Shown piece by piece: positions 1-12,226 of a stretch of 64,000 bases of DNA. The position numbers and the translations under genes are program-made. How positions within the stretch are numbered: position 1 is the first letter of the stretch; each line of letters starts with the position of its first letter. Below the pieces are notes generated by a model, which searched no databases, had not been told where the DNA came from, and was given only the letters and a program-made list of their open reading frames with translations. The stretch is from Eledone cirrhosa (Eukaryota): positions 288,114,001-288,178,000 of the forward strand of contig OZ024741.1 of NCBI GenBank assembly GCA_964016885.1, read 5' to 3'.

Positions 1-356
1 GTTGGAACAGCTATGATCTGCAGGTCTATAGGATCAGAGTTGGCCTGGGGCTAAACAACAACAAAAATTGCAAGAAGAACATTTAATTTTTCTTATGTTG
101 ATATAGAAGCAGGAGGAACAAGAGAAGAATTCAAAGCCTAAAGACAGAATTTACCATATATACTTGAAGATAAGCCAACCCCACTATTTTATGTCTGAGA
201 AATGGGCAGTAAATGATTTACATAGAATTTGAAGTTGGTGAAAATTGTCAAAATATTGACACTGAATATAAGCTGACCCCCCCCCCCCCACCAACCGTCT
301 ACCATCAATTTTTTGGGGGTCACATATTTCTCTGCTTATATTCGAGTATATACGGC

Positions 357-563
357 AATTCTTAACATCCTGTACCACATGAAACCACATGAACAAAACA
401 TCCTTGAAAAGTAAAAAAACAGCACATTAAATCCTTCCTTTATGTTGGTTTACTGCAAATTTTCACAACAATTTGTTTATTCGTAAAGACATTATAAACA
501 GTTGGATTAAGAAACCCAATTTTAGATATTTTCTGCTAAATCATTACAGGATGTGAAAGACTA
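357..563. mobile_element. Short MITE with terminal inverted repeats (family also at ~3990-4122 and ~54558-54775)
   Basis: tcttaacatcctgta ... tacaggatgtgaaaga ends; internal ctgctaaatcatta block shared by three loci. Confidence 0.5.
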
Positions 564-686
564 AAATCAAGGGAGGAGGAGTGTAAGAACAATAACAATA
601 TAAATAATAACACTAACAAGAGAGGAGGAGGAATGAAGAATGGAAAGAAATATACAATGTAGAATATTGGAATGACCGATACTGAC

Positions 687-808
687 CTACTGCTTTGTAC
701 TGCTTCTACAATGTTGCTGCCGCTGAAAAATGGTCGGGTATTGGTGCCAAACAATTCCAACATACTGGTCAATATTATACAGTCACCAAGCATCTTCGCT
801 CGAGAAAT
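687..808 (-). CDS. NAGS: NAGS-like exon (ISRAKMLGDCIILTSMLELFGTNTRPFFSGSNIVEAVQSS); gene continues left of the window
   Basis: tttcacag acceptor and GTCAGT donor. Aligns with NAGS AKAQLAKSCKVLVDAL...VPFFGGGSVLRA. Confidence 0.88.
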
Positions 809-891
809 CTGTGAAAGAAATAGTAGGACCGATTATACAGTCACTAAGTATCTTGGTTTAAGAAATCTGTGATTGTTTAATATATATATAT

Positions 892-945
892 ATCATCATC
901 ATCATCATCATCATTTTACGTCCGCTTTTCCCTGCTTGCAAGGGT
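892..945 (-). mobile_element. Extremely 5'-truncated RTE LINE (or partner SINE) insertion in (TA)n
   Basis: 914-945 is the exact reverse complement of 22152-22183, followed by a (GAT)n tail, with (TA)n on both sides. Confidence 0.85.
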
Positions 946-962
946 TATATATATATATATAT

Positions 963-1361
963 ACTGTGTACTCCCTGCATTTGTGGTAACCAATGTTCGC
1001 AGTCCTGGTTATTTGCGGAATTTTCCATAGAACCTAACTAATAATTGTTCGTGGAAACCACCGCATATTCGCGGAATCATAAATATCTTCTGCAATTTTT
1101 TTTATGGCTTTTTCCGTGGCAATATATATTTTTTTAAAGCTAAATTATTAATAACAATATAACGTATTTGCCGGTCTATTGGACGTCCCTTCGCATAAAA
1201 CACTCTCTCTTTTTTAAAATTATATTTTACATCATATTTTGATGTTTACAGGCATTTTTATGGACTACGTCCAATATTCGCAGTCTTTCACTCTGCATGG
1301 ATGCTCTAGTAATGTAAACCCCCCCCCCCCCCCCCCCCCCCCGAATACCGGGGGACAACTA
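963..1361. mobile_element. Degenerate Tc1/mariner(pogo)-like MITE
   Basis: Imperfect terminal inversion (tactccctgcatt / aataccggggga) and repeated ttcgcgg/ttcgcag subterminal motifs, in TA context. Confidence 0.35.
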
Positions 1362-2460
1362 TGTGTGTATTTATATATATAAACTTTAGTTTATGAAACA
1401 AAGTTTTTTTTTTCTTTTCTGGCAGACATTTAAAGTATTGTGACCAAAGCAGGATACTGGCAAAATTACAACAGGAACAAACAAGAGAGACCTACTCTTA
1501 AAAACAAATTTTCAAATCGTCTAAAATAATCAAGAAGAAAGGAACTAATAATATAAGTAACTTTTTCTTAAGCTGGTGTTTGGAGAATAACTTAAAACTC
1601 TTTTGCATAACATTATGATGGAAAGTGTTTAGATTAGTATAAACACTTTGAAATAAACAGCTTTTTATCATAGAAGTAGCTGCGAATTCAGGCAAAAGGG
1701 TTAACGTTGAATGAAATGTTGGTTAGTACTTTTAAATTTTGCCTTTTGTATCCTAGTTTTTAAAATAGATTCACCATATCCCTGTGTATTGTATGAGGCA
1801 ACTAAAGGATTGGGATCAGGAAGGGTATCTGGCTGTGAAATATTGTTTCAAGACATCCCGTCCATCCCATGCTGGCATTTTTATGTCCCAATGTGGACAT
1901 AAAAATGATGATGATGTATAAGAGAGAGGTGTGTCAACTTGCATACCTTCTTTTTCCAGTTTGGCTTCTGTTTCTGAATTGTTATCATTAGTCTAAGATG
2001 AGTGCCACATTTTTCATCATCATCATCACTTAATGACTATTTTCCATGCTTGCGGGGGTTAGCAGTTCTACTACCTTATACAGTGGACTGGGTGTTTTTC
2101 TTCATGGCATCATTTACAACACTTTGCTCTGTGTCCTTGGTCAGACAGGTGAGGCATTGATGGGAGGGGGGGGGGGGGGTTGCGTGTATAAATGAGAGAG
2201 GCACAAGCTAGATGGTACTTGCTGGGAGAAGGTGGAATATTTGGTGCTCAAGACCAGTTATCTATCTTGTTACCAAGAGAGTAGGAAGTTTGTCAGGCAT
2301 GCATGAATAGGAAATAATCAGGTAGCTGGCTGGTTTTCAAAAATTTGTTTTGCAAAATGATTAGTTCCAGGCCCACCTGAGAAATCAGTGGCTCTGATTA
2401 TGTACTGACTTGGACTGTGATGACTCATCCAATTCTTGCTAGCAGGGAAAAAGGATATTA

Positions 2461-2660
2461 ACTCTTCAGCATTTACATTACTCTATATTTACTATTGTAT
2501 TTTTGTGGTAAAGGCTTTATCTCACATAATATTGAATCTATCAGATTTTGATATTATTTATTTGGAGAACAATACCTTAACATCACTATGACTGGCCAGT
2601 TATGACCGGTTTGAACAGAAGGAGGTGAGAGAATTCTGGCAGGATACAACTGGTTTAAAT
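2461..2660. mobile_element. piggyBac-type MITE copy, right end interrupted by a SINE
   Basis: Homologous to 8571-8791 and 9047-9267 (cagcatttacattactcta...ggtttaaat). Confidence 0.7.
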
Positions 2661-2848
2661 GATAATTGTTTCTACTTTTGGCACAAGGCCAGCAATTATC
2701 CAGTGCATTACTGGTACTTTATTTTATTGACCCCGTAAGGATGAAAGGCAAAGTTAACCTCGGCGGGTTTTGAACTCAGAATGGCAAGGGCCGTAACTAT
2801 GCGTCAAAGCATGGCGTCCGACCCTCTACCGCTACTACCAATCCACCA
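2661..2848 (-). mobile_element. tRNA-derived SINE (related copies at ~3020-3105, 3647-3810, 7060-7200, 55130-55330, 55400-55520 on -, and 56640-56800 on +)
   Basis: Recurrent block gaccccgtaaggatgaaaggcaaagttaacctcgg...ttgaactc; the reverse complement contains a B-box (gagttcaaa). Possible aaatgat target-site duplication. Confidence 0.7.
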
Positions 2849-3318
2849 AATGATGATTGGTCATGTATGTAAATATGGATCCATAACTCCTGATAGAGTC
2901 ATAGGTGTGCCATAGTGACATGTCTTGAGTATTTTAAACTGAGTAGAGCCCCTCCCCTCTCCAGGTCTGAAAATAGCTGATTTCTTCCAGAGAAGGAGAG
3001 AGAAAATGATAGAGGAAAAAAATCGACGACACTGGTACTTTTTTTTCTAATTGATCTCAAAAGAATGAAAGGTAAAGTTGACCTTGGTGGAATTTGGATT
3101 CAAGAGCTTTATATAATTAAAACTTTTTTCTTTTTATAAATTTTAGAATATCTATTTTGAGTTAGCTTATGAGATACATATGATAGGTCATATGTATCAT
3201 ATAAATCCAGGAGTCTTGATCCCTCTGGATACTGACATCAAATGAGAAATATATAAAAAAAGAAAGAGAAAAGAAAAGGAAAAAAATAGGCAAAACCTAG
3301 TTCTTATTTGAATCTTAC

Positions 3319-3432
3319 CTTAAAGTCTTCCGTCTTCATGCTTTCACTATCATTGAAGTCTGTACCAAGAATCACCACAGGGCGCATGCTGTTACGATGC
3401 AAGAATGAAATACACGAGGCAAAGGCTTCGAG
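3319..3432 (-). CDS. NAGS: NAGS-like exon (LEAFASCISFLHRNSMRPVVILGTDFNDSESMKTEDFK)
   Basis: 114 nt, ttccag/GTAAG boundaries, phase 0-0. Matches NAGS [20 protein letters not shown]. Too short for the ORF track; translated by hand. Confidence 0.9.
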
Positions 3433-4209
3433 CTGGAATGAAAGTATACATATACATAGAGAAAGAAATTATGGCTAGAGGAAAAGAAGGAGCTATTATG
3501 TGGTTACTAGACCTGTTATAATTAGCAGTCAAATCTCCCACATAGTGGATAATGTAGCTCAAGAAATACAATGGCTGAATAGAATATAGGGTGGTCAAGG
3601 CTTTGATTATATAGTTGTTCAGTCATCGCTGACTTAGGTTAAATAATGATTTCTACAATAGGCACAATGCCAGCAATTTAGGGAAAAATTAAATCGACTC
3701 CAGTGCATTACTGGTGCTTTATTTTATTGACCCCATAAGGATGAAAGGCAAAGCTAACCTTGGTGGAATTTGAACTGAGAACATAAAGAGCCGAAACTCT
3801 ACAGCGCAACAGCAATATATCTATGAAGAGGCAGCCGTTAGACACTCACTTGACCTGATAAAAACAACAGTCAAATCTCCCTCACATCTGACCCTACTAT
3901 TGTCTTAAAGCAAAGAAAGATATATTAAATAATGATGTACCACATAAAACTGTATTAGCAAGTATTCAACAGCACTGTGACTGCATCACTTCAAAAATTA
4001 AATTTTATAATAATTAGAATGCAAATTTCCAGATGATCTGTCCAGTAGTAAAGATACTATAAAACATTTGAGTTAAAAAAATAGATAATTCCTGCTAAAT
4101 CATTACAGGATATTAAGAGTTGACAAAGAGACACACAACAACAACAAAGAGCCATGAATGAAGACCACCACTTCCATCTTCAATGGTAATAAACAGTTAA
4201 CCAACTTAC

Positions 4210-4326
4210 TTGTGCTTTTTCACAGAAGACCTCCGGATCAACTTGAACAACAGCAAAAGGTCTGATGCTTTCTCCAATGACAAACTGTTTCAACCAGTAA
4301 CGGGCTTCCTTGGGGTCTGTTCCAAC
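4210..4326 (-). CDS. NAGS: NAGS-like exon (VGTDPKEARYWLKQF...PFAVVQVDPEVFCEKAQ)
   Basis: 117 nt with cag/GTAAG boundaries. Matches the vertebrate NAGS segment GASPGEARHWLTQF...PFAVIEVDEEVL (amino-acid-kinase-like domain). Confidence 0.92.
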
Positions 4327-5469
4327 CTGGAAAAAGAGACAAACATCATTGAAGATGTGTGTGTGTGTGTGTAAGTTTGTGAGACCCTTTTGGTAAGTAA
4401 AATTATTTTGCACCTTTCATGCACACATTAAAATAACCCCCAACTTCTCCATTAAATAATTTTCCATATACCTTTTGGTGGGATGATCCCTTTAGCTTGA
4501 TAGCCACTGGTCATCACCATAGGGACAGAGAGCTCTGTAGTAGTAGTAGTGACTGACAAATAGCACAACTTGATGGTATGTAAATTTATACTCACATGTA
4601 CAGAAAACACGTACACACACACAGAATAACAGATGTTCCTATTTGTACATAAATAACAGCTTAAGCCAATATACTTTGAAACAGGTGTTGATAATGTAGA
4701 TAACATGGGAGGTAACTGTGAATTGACAAAGTAGTACAGCTTTTGTTTAGCCCAAGGTCAGCCTTGATCGAATAGATTCAGTTGAAGATGTTCCAGCCGT
4801 ACCCATCCAGCCTTTTTGTATATACCAAGGACTACATTTGCCCAAACTATCCTTCTTTGATTAAAGCAGTTGTGTGATCTGAGGGAGATTTAGCTGCTAT
4901 TTCTACCAATTTGAGTGACTAACTAAAGGTTCCCTTGGCTTGTCCTCTTAGTCAGACATGATATAGTAGACCTACGATTGTTTCAGCCATGACCATCCCA
5001 TCAATAATTAAAACATTAGTTTATTTAGGACTGCATTATCTAATGTCTTTTCTTTTTTTTTATGGTAGGGTGTGAATTAAAGGAAATTTAACTGCCATTT
5101 CTGGTAAGTCAATTGACAAGGTGATCATGGCTGAATCACCCTTGATCAATTACAGCTGACCTATGGCTAAACAACAGCTAGTGATGTTATTTGTAAGTAG
5201 AATGGAAGGATATAGGGCAACTGAGGGACAGGAAAGTACTGCTTCTTCAAAAGGAGGCGGCAGCAGAAATTACGAGAAAGAAGAAAAGGAAGAGGAAGAG
5301 AGAAGGAGGGGTGAAAACACGGGGCATTATCATCATTTTTACATCCACTTTTCCATGTCTACATGGGCTGAACAGGTCCTCTCCATAGTTGTCTTGTCAC
5401 TTATTGTGTTCCTTTGTCATCTCCTTCATGAGGTTCAATGGTTTGAGGTTAACTTTTACCAATTCTGTC

Positions 5470-5900
5470 CATATCTTTCTCTTCTGCAGCTACATTCAAT
5501 TTGGAATTCCTGGTGCTTCTTCACCCAACAATCATCATCCATACACATCATGTATCTTCGCCAGTAAAATCTTTTCTCTTGACATTACATTTTATTCCTT
5601 TTATACCCAGTTTTTATCTCAACTCCTCTGTGCTTCATCATTAATGCACACTAATGCTACACATCCAATGGAGCATGATTGCTTCATTTCTTTTCAGCCT
5701 TCACATATCCTCAATACACATGCTTCGTTACTATGTAATATCACACTTTATACAAAAGCATCATACAATCTATTCTTTGTTGGAAAAGTGGATTCGTTTA
5801 TTACTAGCAGTTCCCTTTTCTCCACCTTCTTTTTAGATTGATTTCTATGCTTTCAGAATACCCTTCTTCAAAGCTGATTAGGTCACCTAGACAACAGAAA
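5470..5900 (-). mobile_element. Decayed RTE LINE 3' fragment
   Basis: Reverse complement resembles the RTE C-terminal coding region (RLYDA..., EA.ML.W) with stops and frameshifts. Confidence 0.6.
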
Positions 5901-5948
5901 CTATAAACTTTTTCTTGACAGTCTTGTGGTTATTTAAACAACACTAAC

Positions 5949-6096
5949 CTCACTAAGGAAACGCCGAAGGTCTGTGTTCATTTCTCTGTTGGTGACTGGA
6001 TAGTAACCAGGTTCCTGCATTTTCTGCATTTTCACTGTAGCTGCCTGCACTGATCGGACAACATCTTTCCAATATGGCTTGGTAGTGCTGCTACAA
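5949..6096 (-). CDS. NAGS: NAGS-like exon (..CSSTTKPYWKDVV...NTDLRRFLSE)
   Basis: Polypyrimidine/cag acceptor at 6097 and GTTAG donor at 5948. DLRRFLSE corresponds to vertebrate NAGS DIQAFLNQ just before the conserved G.P.EAR.WL motif. Confidence 0.85.
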
Positions 6097-7619
6097 CTGA
6101 GAAAAAAGGGGAACAAAATGTAGAGAACACACAACAAAAGCAGAAACTAATCAAATATTCACAATGATAATAATGAATAAAAAATTATTAAAATTATGTT
6201 AGAGCTCATAACATTAAGCACAGTTCAAAACACAACCCTGCTAGGTACAATCCACATCTCATGCAAGACACTTTCAACTCAAACAGTACAATTTTCACAC
6301 AACCCACCCAATCCATACTCTACAGAGTCAACACCTAACAATGGAACCCAAGATAGAGAACATACTCTACACACTCATTGTCAGATACTAAAACACAGTA
6401 ACATCTGTCACAAAACACATATGAAACAAAAAACACCCAAGGAATAACAATGCAAACATACTCTACATAATTCATGCCTGACAACACTGGCAGTCCTGGG
6501 CCAGTGAAAGCCAGGGCTCCCAGGAGCTCTTATCTAGGCTCACAAAACTTTTCTTTAAAAGTCAAGAGGACATCTCAGTTATGTCAAAGATATGACAATC
6601 TCTCTATTGCTGGTGCCATGATAACATTTAGCCAGGGCACTTTGTAGATCGCAGGGCCATATGTGAAATGTGGTTCTCCCAGTCCATCTGAGCGGTCACA
6701 TCTGTGATCACCTGTCCAACCCTTGCTAGCAGGGAAAACGTATAGATAATGATGATGAAAGTGAAATTACACATTTGCGATTAAAATTTTTTTTGCAATA
6801 TTTTTGCTGTTATATCAACTTGTTAACATTTAATTAATTTCATCAACTTGTTTCATAATGAGCTGTTTTTTTTTTCAAGCAATTTGAAAAATTTTCAGAC
6901 AAATGTCTTAGGTTCTGCTTCAAGTCTCCTTGCCTGCTGCTACCAAAAACTTTACGCATATGTCTACCTGTAAGGTAAAGGGCTCTTAACTTCTAATGGT
7001 GTCATAGGACTACAGCCGATTGGAGAAAGCGAGAGAGAGAGATGATCATACAAAGAACCAATAACTGGGCTGGCACTATTTCTATTGACCTTAAAAAGAT
7101 GAAAAGCAAAGTTGACTTCAGCAGTATTTGAACTTGGAGTGTGTAAGCTGGGACAAATACTGAGACATGTTTCAATCCAATATTCTAGTAACCCTGTCAA
7201 TTTGCCACCTCTTTTCCTTTGTATGTAGTTTTGCCCATCTAGATAGGGCATTGACTATACAGAGATCACTTTAAATCTGAGTCTTTAGCTCATGTTATCT
7301 CTTATCTGTGAGCCACCCTATACAAAATAATTCAGGCTGAATTAAACTTAAGTTTTTTTGAGGTAGGAAAATAAAATTACTTTATAGTAAATACATATAT
7401 TATTATTTGATTAGATTATTAAACAAACAAATATTTTTTTATTTTTAGAGGTGACAACAGTGTTAGTTTTCTTTGTGTTAAGCTGTTGTGTTTGCAAATC
7501 TTTTGTCACCTTTATAAACAACCCATTAATACATTTATGAAGATCAATATATATAATGGATATATATTAACAGTGGAGGAGAGTGCTCTGAGAGTATCAT
7601 CATCATCATCTCTGTTTAA

Positions 7620-8090
7620 TAGCTAAAATAAGGATAGGCTGGAAGAAGTTTAGGGAGGTACTCCCACAACTGACAACAACAGATTTTCCCTATGTAGAAA
7701 AAGACTGTTAGACACCTGTGTGCAAAGCTGATAGTGAAACATAGGCAGTGACTACAAAGGACATGTGTAGACTGGAGAGAAATGAAGCAACTATGCTACG
7801 TCGTGCAATGTAATTGTGAGAAAAGGCAGAGCTTGGATGAACTTGGGGAGGGACAGGGTTAAAGAGGAATCCGAAGTGGTGTATAAGAGAGAAGACTGTT
7901 TTGGTATGGATATATGATGCATATGGATGATAATTGCTGGGTGAAGAAGTGCCAGGAAATCTCAGTAGAGCGAAGCCACAGTAGAGATAGACAAAGGAAA
8001 ACCTGGGCAGAGGTGGTGAGAGCTGATCTCAAATCACTGAGACTCACTGAAAAGATGAAGGAACATGTAAAAATGATGATAATGATGATA
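7620..8090 (+). mobile_element. Decayed RTE LINE 3' fragment
   Basis: IRIGWKKFRE...RLERNEA...WVKKCQE...RKTWAEVVRADLKSLRLT, similar to 21650-22110, with a (GAT)n-like tail. Confidence 0.8.
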
Positions 8091-8570
8091 AGCTGTAGGT
8101 AGGGAAAATACTGAACAAATGCGAACTTCTGCAGAATTTGGAAATTTTGACAAGGTTTTGTATTCAACAGATTTTGATTTAAACTTTTTGATACACAACT
8201 GCTTGAAACCATACCTGGTTCTATGATACAAAACTGTTTCTTTTAAAGTGTTTACATTTATCTAAATATTTTTCATTAGAATTTTCATACAGAACTTCTG
8301 TTTAGTTAAGTTTCAAACATCAGCTTAATAATGAGAAAATTTGTTATGTTACTAAATCCCTCTAAATTCTTTATCTTCAAAATAATTTGGAAATCATTGT
8401 CAGTGTCTATCATTAGAAATATGGTAATGAAAGGGTTAACAAACATAAATAGAGACAAATGTAATCACGGTGCTTTGGCTTTCCACCAAGTCTCATTTAT
8501 ATATCACAGCTGCCTCTGTATCAAAAAACTACTAAAAACTATGAGAAAATAATACATCTTTGTTATTTAA

Positions 8571-8791
8571 CCCTTTAGCATTTACATTACTCTATTTGCT
8601 ATTGTATTTTTGTGGTAAAGGCTTTATCTTAAATAATTATCTCACATAATATCAAATCTATAAAATTTTGATGTTATTTATTTTCAGAATAAATACCAGT
8701 AATGTCAGTAAGAGTTGCCAGTTATGGCTAGTTTGAACAGAAAGAGATGAAAGAATTCTGGCTGGATACAGCCAGTTTAAATGCTAAAGGG
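8571..8791. mobile_element. piggyBac-type MITE, 221 bp
   Basis: TTAA|CCCTTTAGCATTTA...TAAATGCTAAAGGG|TTAA: TIRs starting with CCC and a TTAA target duplication. Confidence 0.85.
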
Positions 8792-9046
8792 TTAAGGCCA
8801 ACAAAGACTGTGAAAATGAGTTTTATATATCTGTTTGGGGTACTGTTTTATGATTAATGGCCCTACAATAATGCATCGGTACTTTAAGCAGGAAGAGGAA
8901 GAGAAAGGTGGACAGTCAATGGAGCTGAAAAAACTTGTCTAATATACATTGGATCTGTTATACTTTGAATTCAGAGTGAAAGGAGCTAGATTAAATACTG
9001 CAAGTCATTTTGTCTAATGTTCTTACATTTCTAGCAATTTACTTAA

Positions 9047-9267
9047 CCCTTTAGCATTTGCATTACTCTATATATACTATTGTATTTTCGTGGTGAAGGC
9101 TTTATCTTAAACAATTATCTTACATAATATCGAATCTAGGAGATTTTGATATTATTTATTTTGAGAACAATACCTTAACATCAGTAGGAGCGGCTGGTTA
9201 CAATCAGTTTGAACAGAAACAGGTGAGAGAATTCTGGTCGGATATGGCCGGTTTAAATGCTAAAGGG
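9047..9267. mobile_element. piggyBac-type MITE, second 221-bp copy
   Basis: Same TTAA-CCCTTTAGCATTT / AAATGCTAAAGGG-TTAA ends and homologous interior. Confidence 0.85.
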
Positions 9268-9354
9268 TTAAGTAGTATCTGAGGAATGAATGAATCAAGC
9301 AAACAAAGTTGACAAAAACAGAGGCACCACATCTTTTTTGGTGGTTGGATATAT

Positions 9355-9762
9355 TAGAGTGATGGTGATAACAAGATAAGGAGATGGTGATGGTGACAAT
9401 GTTGGTGTTAAAAAGATAGGGAGGTGATGGTGATAATGTTGGTGAAAATAGGACAGGGTGGTGAAAATAGGATAGGGAGGTGATGGTGATAGTGGTGATG
9501 GTGATAATGTTAGTGATAACAGGATAGGGAGGTAATGGTGATAGTAGTGGTGATAACAAGATAGGGAGGTGATGGCAATGGTGATGGTGATGGCGTTGGT
9601 GATGGTGATGGTAATAGTGTAGTGATGGTAAAATTGTTGGTGATAATGGGATAGTGAAGTGATAATGGTGGTAATAACAGGATAGGAAGGTGGTGGTGAT
9701 AATTGGATGGGGAGGTAATGGTGATAGTGATGGTGATAAGATGGGGAGGTGATAACAGGGGG
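9355..9762 (+). repeat. Low-complexity (GGT/GAT)n repeat with a recurring aagatagggaggtgatgg unit
   Basis: Seen directly; intronic, next to a poly-G tract at 9781-9799. Confidence 0.8.
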
Positions 9763-9850
9763 TTTACAACAGACTGATACGGGGGGGGGGGGGGGGGGGC
9801 AAAGAAGGATGGAGAGGAAGTTTACAACAGACTGATGAAAGAGTTCTTAC

Positions 9851-10119
9851 CGAAAATTGAAGAAATTGGCAATGGGCAGAAGCAAAGGTAACTGATGAGA
9901 TTCGGACAGTCGAGGGTTGCGATGCAGGTTCAATTTCGGCGACAGCATTTTGCAGCAGGACGTGCAGTAGTTGTGGGAATAGAGGTTCTGAACAGCTTGC
10001 ATGAGCTGTTGGAGCTCCTTCGATGACACAACCTGCACATTTTTGGTCAGAGTGTGGGCACAGCGCACACACTGGGTGAAAACAGTGTGGCCGTTACATT
10101 TCGGTACCACTGCTTGCAT
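9851..10119 (-). CDS. NAGS: NAGS-like gene, first visible coding exon (non-conserved N-terminal/targeting region)
   Basis: ORF MQAVVPKC...IANFFNF+CG ends at a GTAAG donor (9850). Its phase-2 end matches the 1-nt overhang of the exon at 5949-6096. An acceptor (ttgcag) lies at 10157-10159 and the frame stays open upstream of the ATG, so the true start may be further upstream. Confidence 0.6.
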
Positions 10120-11989
10120 GCTTATTGTAAAAACAGTTGAATGTGGGAGGTAGAACCTGCAACGAGATGGTAAATGCTATCAGAGAAGGAATATATTAGA
10201 ATATTTTTAATTTATAAAGGAATACAGAAACAAAACAAAACAAAATATAGCAAAACTAAAAACATACGATAATAGTTAACGAAAAAAAAGAAGAAAAAAA
10301 GAAGAAAAATCACTTCAAATTGTCATTTTGTTTTTGTGTGTGAGGAGGTATGACCTGAGAGCAGTGAGTTATGGTTGTTTATGATAAATGCAAAAATTCC
10401 CTAACCAGCTACACACACATTTTGTTAATGTTAGAAGACACACATACATGAATATATCATCATCATCATCATCATTGTTTTTAGGTCCACTTTCTATGTT
10501 GGCATGGGTTGGACTGGATTGTTTGTAACAAATATTTTATAGTTGGATGCCCTTCCTGATACCAACCCTTTTAGTCACCTTTTATAACATGCAGGAATAT
10601 GGTGTACGTCTTCTACAAGCTAGGATGGAGGAAGTAGGTGCTGAACTAGTCACCCACATAATCAGTCAGATAATACATGATGGGTTTATACCTAATGACT
10701 GGCATAGTAGTAGTAGTAGTCATCATCATCTTCGTTAAACGGCCATCTCCCATGCTAGCATGGGTAGGACGGGCTGTCCCCTGGAGAGAGATCAGGTCGG
10801 CGGGGACTGTGATTTGCTCCCACAGAATTATGGTCCCCAAATCATTAATTGACACAAAGGGAAAGGCGATGCACAAGAAAGGAACAACTAGAGGCATAAA
10901 ACTGATGGACTAATTTATGAAAATGACACAATTAATTAGAATCGATTTTAGCATATTCATCATAGATGACAGCTGTTTGACAAAACTCCACAAACCAGTA
11001 ATGTTTATTTCATCACCGTGTAAACATATTAAACCCAGCTGATACTGATACTACTACCTGTGTGGTATACTCCTAACAAACAATGTACTCCCGACAACAA
11101 TGCAGAGCCAGGGATTTCTGAAAGTTGTCCATAATAGTCAGTGGGCTGAAAGTTAACCTAAATAGGCTGTCTGGGGAAGAACCTATGTAGAACTGATAAC
11201 TACCATAGTATACATTCTAAATAATTGCTACTCAATGATACAACAAAACAGGCTTTTCACAATCACCACCCAACACTAAACACACAACACAACAGAAACA
11301 TTTTAATGTATTTTTCTTTTTAAAAAAAAATTCATACTAGTGGTCCACTGGATTTAAAATTATGATTTAAAATTTAGTGGTCCGTGAGGTCCAAAAGGTT
11401 GGCGACCCCTGCTCTATACAACTGACACAACACAAATCACACCAAAAATATTCAAAACGATCATTATCCAACATAACTCATAGAAAAATAAACCATACAA
11501 AACATAACACAACTCAAACAAAGCATACTTTACACATCCACCACACAACACCTGAAAAAACCAAACACAGGAGATACAACAATGATAGTAACAGGAGATA
11601 CAACAAATTAACTCCTCTCACCAAACCAATGAAAACAAACAGAATTCTCTATTCCCCACAGACAATGCTGCATACTTCAGTAACGCCAAAGTGCACCTCT
11701 TTGTGCAGTAAGTATAGTTATATAAAGCATGATATTTCTTAAATTGGCACAGGCCCACAAACGAGAAGTTGGTTTAAAAATAATGATGGTGATGACGACT
11801 TAATTCATTAACACCGCACCCACTCACCACCACACACTTTTGGAGGTACAAAAACGAAGCTTGACCATGGCCAAATGGAAATAGAGAAGGTTAAAGAACG
11901 GTGTCACTAAATTCCACTGCTCCACCAATTCCGTGACATCAACAACCATTATACTGGGGTTTAAACTTTGATGATGATGAGAATATTAA

Positions 11990-12226
11990 CCCTTTTGATA
12001 CCTATCTGGCCAAAATTGCCTCGGGTTCTATGATAATATAGAAACACCCTTTTTAAAGAATTCCTATTTATATTAAAATATTCCAACATAATTTGATATG
12101 AAAACTTTTTGTTAATTAACAATATCATCTTAATAAAGAAATAATGTTTGTAAATCCCACCAAATTCTTCATTAATTAATTGAAATACAGGGGATTTCAT
12201 TACAACTATGTTAATGAAAGATTTAA
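11990..12226. mobile_element. Second TTAA/CCC-ended MITE family (partial copy at ~8185-8438)
   Basis: ttaa-cccttttgatac start; ggttctatgata and aatgaaag(g/a)..taa shared with 8185-8438. Confidence 0.5.

Noticed and set aside
531-553. ctgctaaatcattacagga repeated near two NAGS donor sites (also 4091-4112) as a snoRNA or splicing element
   Set aside because: Homology extends about 100 bp, includes terminal inverted repeats and recurs at 54.7 kb, so it is a MITE.
6836-6968. Possible extra NAGS exon after a cttacag acceptor on the minus strand
   Set aside because: Frames run into stops, there is no NAGS similarity, and the flanking exons already join in phase.
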